Source of the DNA: a virus
Length of the DNA stretch: 53,521 nucleotides
Strand: one strand, 5' to 3'
Virus record (IMG/VR): IMGVR_UViG_3300046058_000043
Coordinates: 1 to 53,521 of that record
The position numbers and the translations under genes are program-made. The notes beneath the pieces are model-generated. The model searched no databases. It had not been told where the DNA came from and saw only the letters and a program-made list of their open reading frames with translations. Of the stretch, positions 32,730-40,381 are shown in pieces. The first letter of the stretch is position 1. Every line of letters starts with the position of its first letter.

Positions 32730-32770
32730 ATAAACTAATCTTTTGTATTTGACGTGAGAAGTATGCCGAT

Positions 32771-33433
32771 ATGTCTACTGTAGATATTGAAATCCCTCTC
32801 TGGGTGAAAATCACGCTTGAGCGGTATGCTGTAGAGCGGATCTGCCGGTGGGATGGGCGCTTCAACTCAGAAGGCGACCCTGCAAGAGAGGCCTACGACG
32901 AGATGATGGACGAGTTGCGCGAACAGTTTGAACCGGTTGACGGTGGGTCGGGTCGGTTTGTCGTCGAGATCACGGAATACGTTGATTCAGATGAACGGGT
33001 AGTTGCGAAGATCGTTAGCGGGAGCCGGGACACGAATGAGAATGTCCCCGTTAGTGGCGGCTTCCTGCAAAACTGGCGTGAGATACTCCTGTCTCGCTAT
33101 CCACCTGTCGAAGACATCGTGCTACCGGTGCTCGAGTCGAGTCCCACGGGACTGTGGCTGGTCATGCCTCATGTAGAGCAGTACGATATTGAATGGGATC
33201 GTGACAGAATTGATCCGAAGGCAGACCGTCTGAAGAATCTCGATGAGGTAGAACCCGTAATGCGGGGTAGCTTCGGTGGGGGATTAGATATCTACTGGAC
33301 TGAGAACTGGGGCGCGTACCGAGGCGAATATCGGCTAATAGACTACGGCGGCGTCGTACTCCACAGAGAGCCAGCTCTACGGCCAGAAGAGTATCCGTTC
33401 CAAGATCCTGCCTGGAATAGCGAGGATGATTGA
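32771..33433 (+). CDS. Minimal protein-kinase-like fold candidate (Bud32/RIO-sized)
   Basis: Motifs in kinase order: DGGSGRFVVE (G-loop), VVAKIV (VAIK-like Lys), LWLVMPHVE (hinge), GLDIYWTENWG (catalytic D...N, spacing +1), RLIDYGG (DFG-like). Confidence 0.4.
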   Translation: MSTVDIEIPLWVKITLERYAVERICRWDGRFNSEGDPAREAYDEMMDELREQFEPVDGGSGRFVVEITEYVDSDERVVAKIVSGSRDTNENVPVSGGFLQNWREILLSRYPPVEDIVLPVLESSPTGLWLVMPHVEQYDIEWDRDRIDPKADRLKNLDEVEPVMRGSFGGGLDIYWTENWGAYRGEYRLIDYGGVVLHREPALRPEEYPFQDPAWNSEDD

Positions 33434-33474
33434 GCCATCAGAGAGCCATCCAGCAGCTGGCTATCAGCGGGTTG

Positions 33475-33798
33475 CTACTCGTCGTACATATCTCGGTGCG
33501 TTCGCGGGTTCGGTGCGACCTCCTGGCCGGTGCGCTTCCAGCGCTTCCGGGCGATGGTCCGCGCGGCCTCGCGAACGGCGTCGACGCGATCGTCGTCCAG
33601 AGCGTCGAGCTCGTCACCGTCGGTGACGCGATGGTATCGCAGGTTGGGGATCTTGGGCTGCGTGAAGCGGAACGTCAGCTTGTGTCGGTTCAGGTTCGCA
33701 TCAGTGATTCGGACGCTCACGTTCTGGAGTTCCTCATCGCCCTCCATCCCGTTGCCGTACGCCTCGGTGATCGAGCCGAGTGTGACTGTTGACATCAA
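33475..33798 (-). CDS. Hypothetical protein
   Basis: 107-aa ORF with mixed charge. Confidence 0.5.
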   Translation of the reverse strand: MMSTVTLGSITEAYGNGMEGDEELQNVSVRITDANLNRHKLTFRFTQPKIPNLRYHRVTDGDELDALDDDRVDAVREAARTIARKRWKRTGQEVAPNPRTHRDMYDE

Positions 33799-33916
33799 CG
33801 ACGAGGATGGGTGCTACGAGTGTAAACGTCAGCCGTGCGTGTAGTGAAAGTGAAAGTGAACGGCTCGCAACGTGCGGGACCGAAGACATATATGAAGACA
33901 AATTGATCTCATTATT

Positions 33917-34033
33917 ATGGAACCTGCAGGTACCATACTGGGATTCATCCCTGCAGCCGCCCTCTGGGCCGCTGCATATCTCTGGTTTCGCGAAACAACA
34001 GACTTGATCAACAGCTCCATCACGCACCGGTAG
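33917..34033 (+). CDS. Possible 38-aa single-pass membrane peptide
   Basis: MEPAGTILGFIPAAALWAAAYLWFRETTDLINSSITHR; atatat box at 33888-33893, 24 nt before the ATG. Confidence 0.35.
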   Translation: MEPAGTILGFIPAAALWAAAYLWFRETTDLINSSITHR

Positions 34034-34143
34034 GGCACCGTCGAACGGTCTCCCGTGGGGGTTTAGTTAGACACGAGGAGATCGAGGCGCGCTGTCGCGA
34101 CGCCTTGCACTGGGAGGCTGGAAGCCGACCGACGACGGCGACC

Positions 34144-34187
34144 CTTAACCAACAGACGGGCGGGGATGACCGCTGGTGTTGGTTAAG
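34144..34187. repeat. 11-bp inverted repeat CTTAACCAACA / TGTTGGTTAAG
   Basis: 34144-34154 and 34177-34187, 22-nt spacer; third TAACCAAC copy near 34213. Confidence 0.6.
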
Positions 34188-34228
34188 ACCAGACTCTGTT
34201 ATCGATCTGTAACCAACGGAGATCGCGG

Positions 34229-34789
34229 TCAGTTCGGCCAGTTTTCGTACATCAGCTGTGCAGTCTCTATCGTGGCGTCCAAATCAGGATCACCGTGCCT
34301 GGGGGCAGTCCGTCCAACCATCGCGACGGTGTTCGCCGCCCGGAAGAACACCACCGCGACATCCGTCACGTAGGCATACCCCTCGTCACCGATGTCGACG
34401 TCTTCAAGCGAGTACTGTGATTCGCTCTCTTCTTTGACGCCGTCGAACGAGGTCGTCGCCTCTTCCACCGTCTCGAACACTCCAACGAGTGTCAGCGTCA
34501 GCGTATCGTCGGGATGATAGCGGAAGTACCGGACCGATGCATCACCACCGGCGTCGGTGATGTTGGTCGCGCCCCCGACATCGTCCGCTTCGTCGCTACG
34601 ATCGTCGAGGACCTCCCAGCCTGCCTCGTCGAACTGATCGACCGACAGTTGTAACTCCGACGCCGACGCGTCGATCGTCTCCGGGCCCGACGACGCATCG
34701 CTCGTGAACTCTTGGACGGTGTCGAGACAGCCAGCGCTGGCGAGTGAGAGCCCCGTCCCCACAAGTGCAAGGTACGCCCGTCGATGCAT
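34229..34789 (-). CDS. Secreted lipoprotein (third one in the island)
   Basis: MHRRAYLALVGTGLSLASAGC signal + lipobox; acidic mature part. Confidence 0.7.
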   Translation of the reverse strand: MHRRAYLALVGTGLSLASAGCLDTVQEFTSDASSGPETIDASASELQLSVDQFDEAGWEVLDDRSDEADDVGGATNITDAGGDASVRYFRYHPDDTLTLTLVGVFETVEEATTSFDGVKEESESQYSLEDVDIGDEGYAYVTDVAVVFFRAANTVAMVGRTAPRHGDPDLDATIETAQLMYENWPN

Positions 34790-34917
34790 ATCGCAACGGC
34801 ATCACTCTGCCTGCATAGGTGTTATGCCACAGACAAGACGACGTCCGACTACTCTGATCGGGTCGCTGTTGGTACTTCTGAACTCAACGATACCTTATCT
34901 GCCGTCGTCGCCAAGTA

Positions 34918-35085
34918 ATGGGAATGCCCTCTATAAAAGATCAGCCGCGGTTGATAGCCCGCTGTGAAGCCTGTGGCTCCGTCTACGCGGCTGTTGAGAT
35001 GCCTAATGGGCGGATCGCTCCAATCGGCCGTTTAGAGGGATGTAAATGCGGTAGTTCGGACTTCTCAGAATACGAGTCAGAATAG
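34918..35085 (+). CDS. Mini zinc-finger protein (55 aa, below cutoff)
   Basis: MGMPSIKDQPRLIARCEACGSVYAAVEMPNGRIAPIGRLEGCKCGSSDFSEYESE. Confidence 0.5.
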   Translation: MGMPSIKDQPRLIARCEACGSVYAAVEMPNGRIAPIGRLEGCKCGSSDFSEYESE

Positions 35086-35155
35086 AGGGTAACTCTGCCT
35101 ACAACGCCAGCCAGGTCGTCGTCAGAACAGCGTCAGTCGCCGAGCGGATCGTCTG

Positions 35156-35404
35156 TCACCGGCAGCGATCGACCCACCGACACCACGCGTCGAAGTCGTT
35201 AGCACCACACTGCTCGGCGATGCTGCGGAGCGTCCCTGTGCGGAGTCGGTCATGCATCGGTACTGAGACGACGCGGACGTCGTCGGGATCGTTTGGATTC
35301 TCGTAGCGGAGCTTCACGTGGCTGCCCGTTCGGCCCACCGGTGAAAAGCCGTGCTTGCTCAGCGCTTTCACCACATCACGGCCGGAGAAATCAGTCGGCG
35401 GCAC
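35156..35404 (-). CDS. hicA: HicA-family toxin (GTG start)
   Basis: VPPTDFSGRDVVKALSKHGFSPVGRTGSHVKLRY...VPMHDRLRTGTLRSIAEQCG; GTG 35404 lies 5 nt after the hicB stop. Confidence 0.75.
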   Translation of the reverse strand: MPPTDFSGRDVVKALSKHGFSPVGRTGSHVKLRYENPNDPDDVRVVSVPMHDRLRTGTLRSIAEQCGANDFDAWCRWVDRCR

Positions 35405-35411
35405 GGCCCTA

Positions 35412-35687
35412 CTACAGACACTCCGGGAGGCCGTCTGATGCCTCGCGTTCGGCTTCGATCTCGTCAGGGTCGAGGCCGATCTCCTCGAAGAATTCACGCT
35501 CCTCTTCGGGCGAGTCGATCGACTCGCCCACTTCACTCTTGTACAGCGCCACCGCTTCGTCGAGGTTCTCCAGCGCCTCCTCGCGCGTCTGGCCTTGGCT
35601 GGCGACGCCCGTCTCTGTATCACGAGCGACCCACCAGCCGTCGTCTTCGGTGAGCGTGATCGACGGCTCGATACCGGTGCTCATCAT
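35412..35687 (-). CDS. hicB: HicB-family antitoxin
   Basis: ITLTEDDGWWVARDTETGVASQGQTREEALENLDEAVALY. Confidence 0.7.
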   Translation of the reverse strand: MMSTGIEPSITLTEDDGWWVARDTETGVASQGQTREEALENLDEAVALYKSEVGESIDSPEEEREFFEEIGLDPDEIEAEREASDGLPECL

Positions 35688-35787
35688 CTCGGGATATGAG
35701 TTGGCACGGTAAAACCTTGTGGGCGCTACGCCCACATAGACGATCCTGCGCCAAAGATTAACACTAACCCACAGAGTACAGCAGATT

Positions 35788-36198
35788 ATGGTCTACAAAT
35801 CGGAGGATCTCTGGGCAGCAGGGTCTCCCGAGCCCCCACTTCGAGATCAGGTAGTAGAGTTTCTGGAAGCTAATCCTGACCAGTACTTCTCTGCTGGAGA
35901 GGTCTCGGAAGCTGTTTTCGACCTAGATCCAGCAGAAGAGGCATTTGAAATCATACCAGAGGATAAAATCGAGCTGGCGATGAATGAACGGTTCTGGTAC
36001 ACACTCAAGGCAGAACTCACGCTTGAGAGATTACTGGAAGAGGGTCTTGTCGAGAAGCGATCGATCCGGATCTCGGACGAGATTGACGCGTTAGAGGCCG
36101 AGGAACCTGATGTTTTTGAGGATCTGGATGATGATGGGCCCTACGACTTTCAGGGTAACAGGTCGACGTATTATCGGATAGTACCGGCCGAGGTATAA
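35788..36198 (+). CDS. Hypothetical wHTH-like protein, A/T-richer codons
   Basis: 136-aa acidic ORF; QVVEFLEANPDQYFSAGEVSEAV. Confidence 0.55.
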   Translation: MVYKSEDLWAAGSPEPPLRDQVVEFLEANPDQYFSAGEVSEAVFDLDPAEEAFEIIPEDKIELAMNERFWYTLKAELTLERLLEEGLVEKRSIRISDEIDALEAEEPDVFEDLDDDGPYDFQGNRSTYYRIVPAEV

Positions 36199-36215
36199 CA
36201 GGAGGGCTGAACAAC

Positions 36216-36395
36216 TCACTCGGCATCGCCCATCGCCTCGCGGGCGTCGATCCGGCGCTCGAGGAACTCGCGATCGAGCGCGTACTCGTAGCTGCGGCCG
36301 TCCTTCTCTCGGTGGACGACGCCGGCGTCGACGTCGCCCTCTGCGGCGTACTGAGACGCCGCTTCGAGGTCATTGTTCGCTGCGAGATGCTTCAC
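36216..36395 (-). CDS. Small protein (59 aa, GTG start)
   Basis: VKHLAANNDLEAASQYAAEGDVDAGVVHREKDGRSYEYALDREFLERRIDAREAMGDAE; GTGA overlap with the upstream stop. Confidence 0.4.
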   Translation of the reverse strand: MKHLAANNDLEAASQYAAEGDVDAGVVHREKDGRSYEYALDREFLERRIDAREAMGDAE

Positions 36396-36610
36396 GAGAG
36401 ATCACCCACGGTCGCGCGCAGTTGCTCGGTCTGCCACATCATCTGCAGGAGGGCAATGTTGAGCGGGACCACGACGGCCGTCGCGACCACCGATGTGTCG
36501 GGCGCCCAGCCTTCGGTCCAGCCGTACGCCACGCCGGCGGCCAGCAAGAGATGGGCCACAACGCCAGCGTGGTAGAGGCGGCGCTCGCGAGCGCCGGCGT
36601 TACTCCCCAT
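36392..36610 (-). CDS. Small two-helix membrane protein
   Basis: MGSNAGARERRLYHAGVVAHLLLAAGVAYGW...VVATAVVVPLNIALLQMMW; start overlaps the stop of the 36600 gene. Confidence 0.45.
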   Translation of the reverse strand: MGSNAGARERRLYHAGVVAHLLLAAGVAYGWTEGWAPDTSVVATAVVVPLNIALLQMMWQTEQLRATVGDLS

Positions 36611-37031
36611 AGGGATCACCGTAGTCCTCGCAGAGTGCTTCGACGGCGTCCCGGATCGCGTCCGGGTCGTCGCGCTCGTACGCGTCGAGAAGGTCGTTGA
36701 GCAGCTCGCCGTCGACGGGGATCGTCTCGGTGGCGCCCTGACGTGGGCCGTCAAGGAGCTGGTGAAGCCGATCGGCATTGACTCGGATCGTCCCGGAGCC
36801 GACGTCCTCGCGCGGGTCGTCGGTGAGCTCCCACAGCCCTCGCGCAAGCTTCTCGACGTGCTCATGCTCGCCGAGCCGTTTCAGCCGCTGGTTGATGTAC
36901 GTCTGTTCCACGCCCGTGAGGTCGTTCAGGTGGCCAGGCGTCGCCCTGCCGTCCCGCAATGCGTCCAAGATCGCCTCGTCGGCGTCATTCAGTTGTCGAG
37001 GTTCAAGCACTGACTGGTGTTTTACCGCCAT
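36600..37031 (-). CDS. wHTH repressor-like regulator (lysogeny-switch candidate)
   Basis: DADEAILDALRDGRATPGHLNDLTGVEQTYINQRLKRLGEHEHVEKLARGLWELT; divergent from the early operon; TATA-like box about 30 nt upstream of ATG 37031. Confidence 0.6.
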   Translation of the reverse strand: MAVKHQSVLEPRQLNDADEAILDALRDGRATPGHLNDLTGVEQTYINQRLKRLGEHEHVEKLARGLWELTDDPREDVGSGTIRVNADRLHQLLDGPRQGATETIPVDGELLNDLLDAYERDDPDAIRDAVEALCEDYGDPYGE

Positions 37032-37087
37032 GGTGGTAACTTTCTTTTCCAACCACTAATAAGTATCTACTATTACCACCAACTGTA

Positions 37088-37102
37088 CTAACTAATAGTT
37101 AG
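37088..37102. promoter_or_regulatory. Perfect 15-bp palindrome CTAACTA-A-TAGTTAG in the divergent A/T-rich control region
   Basis: Read directly at 37088-37102; also ggtggtaa 37032-37039 / ttaccacc 37073-37080. Confidence 0.6.
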
Positions 37103-37210
37103 TTATAAGTAGGTGGGCGTACAAGATGTATTCGTGAGGCAGGGACGGTCGGCAGAAAACTGCCGGCCGGCGGTGCTCCAACACCGCCGACCTGCTTCCT
37201 GAGAGAAGCA

Positions 37211-37945
37211 ATGTCGACTACCAACGCAACCCACGAAACCGTTTCGGATGAACCGCAAGCAACTGACCTCGAAGAGCGCGACCTGCGCGCCCTGGAGGAG
37301 TACCTGACCGTGCTCGGCGATCTGGACCGCGCCGCCGCTCGCGACGACGAGTATCTGGTCGTCTCCCAGTCGGGCAAGGAGTACCTCGTGAACACCACGC
37401 GCGGCGCCTGCGAGTGCCCAGATCACGAGTACCGCGACGTCGAGTGCAAGCACATCAAGCGCGTGAAATACGCCACGGGCGAGGAACCGGTCCCCGCCGA
37501 CGTCGACGCCGACCCGCTGCTCGGCGAGCACGTCGACGCCGAGCGCGAGATCGCGACCGACGGCGGCGTCGCTGTGGCGTCCGCCGACGGCGGCCCGGAC
37601 GAGGACGACGGCCTGGAGCTCGAGCGCAGCGGGCACAAGCTGACCTACCTCGGGCAGGATGGCGAAGGCTGGCACCACCACCACGACGTCGACGCCGACC
37701 GGATCCTCGTCGTCGACGACGCCGGCGAGGACGTCGAGCGCGGCGTCGCGGTCCACCGCCAGATCGATGCCGACACCGTCGACCACATCGAAGCCGGCGT
37801 GACAACTGACACTCTGGAGCGCTGGATGGCGTACGTCGCCGGCGAACGTGGCTGGGACGATCGAGCGCTGACGCAGATCGACACCACGACGATCTGGGGC
37901 ATCGTCGAGCGAGCACTCGACGCCGACGGGGAGGACCAGCGATGA
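37211..37945 (+). CDS. SWIM zinc-finger protein, first gene of the early operon
   Basis: CECPDHEYRDVECKHIKR fits CxCx(n)CxH. Confidence 0.6.
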   Translation: MSTTNATHETVSDEPQATDLEERDLRALEEYLTVLGDLDRAAARDDEYLVVSQSGKEYLVNTTRGACECPDHEYRDVECKHIKRVKYATGEEPVPADVDADPLLGEHVDAEREIATDGGVAVASADGGPDEDDGLELERSGHKLTYLGQDGEGWHHHHDVDADRILVVDDAGEDVERGVAVHRQIDADTVDHIEAGVTTDTLERWMAYVAGERGWDDRALTQIDTTTIWGIVERALDADGEDQR

Positions 37946-38091
37946 CCGAGATCGTCCGCGTCCCGTCGCTTCGCGATCGCCGCAACCCATGCACGAAGCT
38001 CCACGAGACCCACACGGGGCGGCTCCGAGTACAGGACCGATACGGCTACAAACTGTATGTTGAGCCCCACGAGGTGGTCGCCGATGTCTGA
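37942..38091 (+). CDS. Small hypothetical protein (49 aa)
   Basis: ATGA overlap upstream, ATGTCTGA overlap downstream. Confidence 0.4.
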   Translation: MTEIVRVPSLRDRRNPCTKLHETHTGRLRVQDRYGYKLYVEPHEVVADV

Positions 38092-38476
38092 GGCACTCGA
38101 CAAGCTCGCGATCGAAGAGGCGCTGCGGGGCCGCGCGATCGGTGGCGGCGAGTCCGAGCAGTGTCGCTGCTGCCGGTCAGTAATCCGCCAGGGCCAGCCG
38201 GCGACGATCCGCGTCAACCGGTCGGCCGACGAGACGCGCTGGACGGTCGTCGGCATCTGGGGCGCTGGCTGTGCGCCGGCCGAGATCGAGCGGTCGCCGC
38301 TCGGCGTCGAGTCCGCTCTCGCCGAGATCCACGTCGCGCTGGGCGCGATCGACCAGCGCAGCTGGACGCAGACCGCCCGCCCCGACGTGATCGACATGGT
38401 CAGCGCTCGCGAGGAGGGCGGCGGAACCGAGCCTGACGTCGACGTCGCGCTGATCGTGATGGAGGGCCAGCGATGA
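38084..38476 (+). CDS. Hypothetical protein
   Basis: ATG 38084 in ORF 38057..38476, MSEALDKLAIEE... Confidence 0.55.
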   Translation: MSEALDKLAIEEALRGRAIGGGESEQCRCCRSVIRQGQPATIRVNRSADETRWTVVGIWGAGCAPAEIERSPLGVESALAEIHVALGAIDQRSWTQTARPDVIDMVSAREEGGGTEPDVDVALIVMEGQR

Positions 38477-38577
38477 ACCGCTTCGAGGTCGGCATCTCGG
38501 TCCCGAAGACCGGCCGCGAGGTCGTCGTCTCGGCCTCGCGCGAGAACGGGTTCAACGTGGGACACCGGAAACAATGA
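38473..38577 (+). CDS. Possible 34-aa peptide
   Basis: ATGA overlaps at both ends bridge two genes. Confidence 0.3.
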   Translation: MNRFEVGISVPKTGREVVVSASRENGFNVGHRKQ

Positions 38578-38879
38578 GTGGCGAGACGCAGGAGGACGGC
38601 CAGAGCTACGGCATCGAGCCCAGCACGATCTTCCAGTCGATCACGGACCCAGACACGCACTTCTCGATCATCGTTTCCCAGCCCGGCGACGACGATGGGT
38701 GCCGCGTCGGCGAGCCCACGGAGCTGGTCTGCGATGCGTGTGGCGCTGCGACGAAACTGACGCGGGAGCCGTCTGCGGGTATCGACGACTTCCCCCACAG
38801 ACCCGATTGTCCGCAGCGATTTACGCACTGGGGCTGGTACCTGGACGTCGTCGACGACGGCCACACGCCCGGCGGCTGA
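38574..38879 (+). CDS. Hypothetical Cys-containing protein
   Basis: 101-aa acidic ORF; CDAC...C. Confidence 0.55.
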   Translation: MSGETQEDGQSYGIEPSTIFQSITDPDTHFSIIVSQPGDDDGCRVGEPTELVCDACGAATKLTREPSAGIDDFPHRPDCPQRFTHWGWYLDVVDDGHTPGG

Positions 38880-38933
38880 CGTTCGGCTCTCCTTCTTACG
38901 CGATCAGTTTGCGGGAGCCCACGAGACGAATGG

Positions 38934-38960
38934 ACGTCGGAAATGGCGGTGTGCTTTATA
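38934..38960 (+). promoter_or_regulatory. orc1 promoter: ACGTCGGAAAT element + TTTATA box
   Basis: acgtcggaaat 38934-38944, tttata 38955-38960, ATG 27 nt later. Confidence 0.55.
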
Positions 38961-38986
38961 TGCCACCCTCTCGTCATGTCGGGCAT

Positions 38987-40048
38987 ATGTTTCAGGACGC
39001 GGGGGTATTCGACGAGGACTATCTACCGCAGCAACTTCCTCACCGCAGCGCCGAGCGAGACGAGCTCGGCCGTGCGTTTGAGCCAGTCCGCCGGGGGCGG
39101 ACAGCGGAGAACGTGCTGATCCATGGTCCCAGCGGCGTCGGGAAGACGACAATCGTCCGCCACTGGCTCGGCCAGCTCGAGGACGAAGCGGACGGCGTCG
39201 CGACGGCCCACTTGCGCTGTCTCCGGATGACGCCCTGCGACGTCCTCCAGGAAGCCCACAAACAGCATCCGACGGCGTCGGCGACGGCCGCGCTGCCGAA
39301 CATCACCGACCTCAAGCGCTCGCTGCGAGACCAGGTCGACCAGCCCTTCGTAGTGGTGCTGGACGAGGCGCACACGCTCACGCAGGCGTCCGTTCTTGAG
39401 GCGCTCGATGAACTCCCCGAGATCTCGATCGTCGCGATCTGCCACGACCCCGTCCGCTGGCGGGCTCGCCTCGACGACGCCGTCGGTGCACGGATCGAGG
39501 ATCGGGCGATCGAACTACAACGCTACTCGCCGCCGGAACTCACGGACATCCTGGGGATGCGAGCGGGCAGCGGGCTCGACTCGGACGCCTACCGAACCGC
39601 GCAGCTGCGGGAGATCGCCAAGAACGTCGACGGGCGGGCGCGGCGGGCGATCCAGACGCTCAGGGCTGCCGCCGATCGTGCCCTCGAGCACGGTCGCCAT
39701 GCGATCGCCGACGAGGACGTCGATGCGGCGTACGACATCGCGAACCAGCGAATCCGTAAGCAGCAACTCGAGTCGATGAGCTACCACCATCACGTCGTTT
39801 ACGCTCTGGTCCACGAGGCTGGGGCGCTCGCGAGCGAGGAACTTCACACCCGCTACGAGACACTGAGCGAGGGATACTACGCCGACCGGGACCAGACACC
39901 GGTCGGTCGGCGCCAGCGCCGAAACGCCGTCGCCGATCTCATCCGCTACGACCTCATCGAGGACGACGGCATCAACAGCGGTCGCCAGCTGCGGGTCGCC
40001 GACGACACGATCGCGCCGCCGATCGATCGGTCAATCGCTACTACTTAA
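38987..40048 (+). CDS. orc1: Orc1/Cdc6-type AAA+ replication initiator
   Basis: VFDEDYLPQQLPHRSAERDELGRAF...VLIHGPSGVGKTT (Walker A)...FVVVLDEAH (Walker B); C-terminal winged-helix-like region. Confidence 0.85.
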   Translation: MFQDAGVFDEDYLPQQLPHRSAERDELGRAFEPVRRGRTAENVLIHGPSGVGKTTIVRHWLGQLEDEADGVATAHLRCLRMTPCDVLQEAHKQHPTASATAALPNITDLKRSLRDQVDQPFVVVLDEAHTLTQASVLEALDELPEISIVAICHDPVRWRARLDDAVGARIEDRAIELQRYSPPELTDILGMRAGSGLDSDAYRTAQLREIAKNVDGRARRAIQTLRAAADRALEHGRHAIADEDVDAAYDIANQRIRKQQLESMSYHHHVVYALVHEAGALASEELHTRYETLSEGYYADRDQTPVGRRQRRNAVADLIRYDLIEDDGINSGRQLRVADDTIAPPIDRSIATT

Positions 40049-40055
40049 GTTTTTC

Positions 40056-40080
40056 ACGTCGGAAATAGCGCCCATTTATA
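40056..40080 (+). promoter_or_regulatory. Second copy of ACGTCGGAAAT + TTTATA promoter architecture
   Basis: acgtcggaaat 40056-40066, tttata 40075-40080, ATG 40110. Confidence 0.55.
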
Positions 40081-40109
40081 AGCTGAATCGCGGCCAACGT
40101 CCGGTCGTC

Positions 40110-40373
40110 ATGGCAACAGAGACTCGGACCAAGACGATCGACCTCGTGAGCGACCTCGGCGGCGAGATCGAGGACGGCGCCCAGCGCACGGCGACCTTGG
40201 AGCTCGAGTATCACGAGGACGGCGGCCGGACCGTGACGATCAGCCACGGCGTCGAGGAGTGGACGCTGGAGTTCGACGCTGAGGGGCGGTGCGTGAACCG
40301 CGATCCGCCGGCGTCAGCCTGGCCCCAGTGGATCGACGACGCTGTCGAACTTGTCAAAACGGAGATCCGGTGA
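40110..40373 (+). CDS. Hypothetical protein
   Basis: 87-aa acidic ORF. Confidence 0.55.
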   Translation: MATETRTKTIDLVSDLGGEIEDGAQRTATLELEYHEDGGRTVTISHGVEEWTLEFDAEGRCVNRDPPASAWPQWIDDAVELVKTEIR

Positions 40374-40381
40374 GAACGATG

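Noticed and set aside
32512-32733. 73-aa ORF from the track upstream of the kinase-like gene.
   Set aside because: Its product is basic, non-acidic and low-complexity. The overlapping 57-aa frame (32556..32729) gives an acidic CxxC...CxxC zinc ribbon.
33844-33860. (GTGAAA)x3 microrepeat. Also checked the whole window for CRISPR-like repeat-spacer arrays.
   Set aside because: It is only 17 bp with no spacers, and I found no regularly spaced 25-40-bp repeats anywhere. No cas-like genes were recognised.
35156-35623. 155-aa version of the HicA ORF.
   Set aside because: The N-terminal 73 codons overlap hicB in another frame and are Arg/Ser-rich. HicA-like text begins at GTG 35404.
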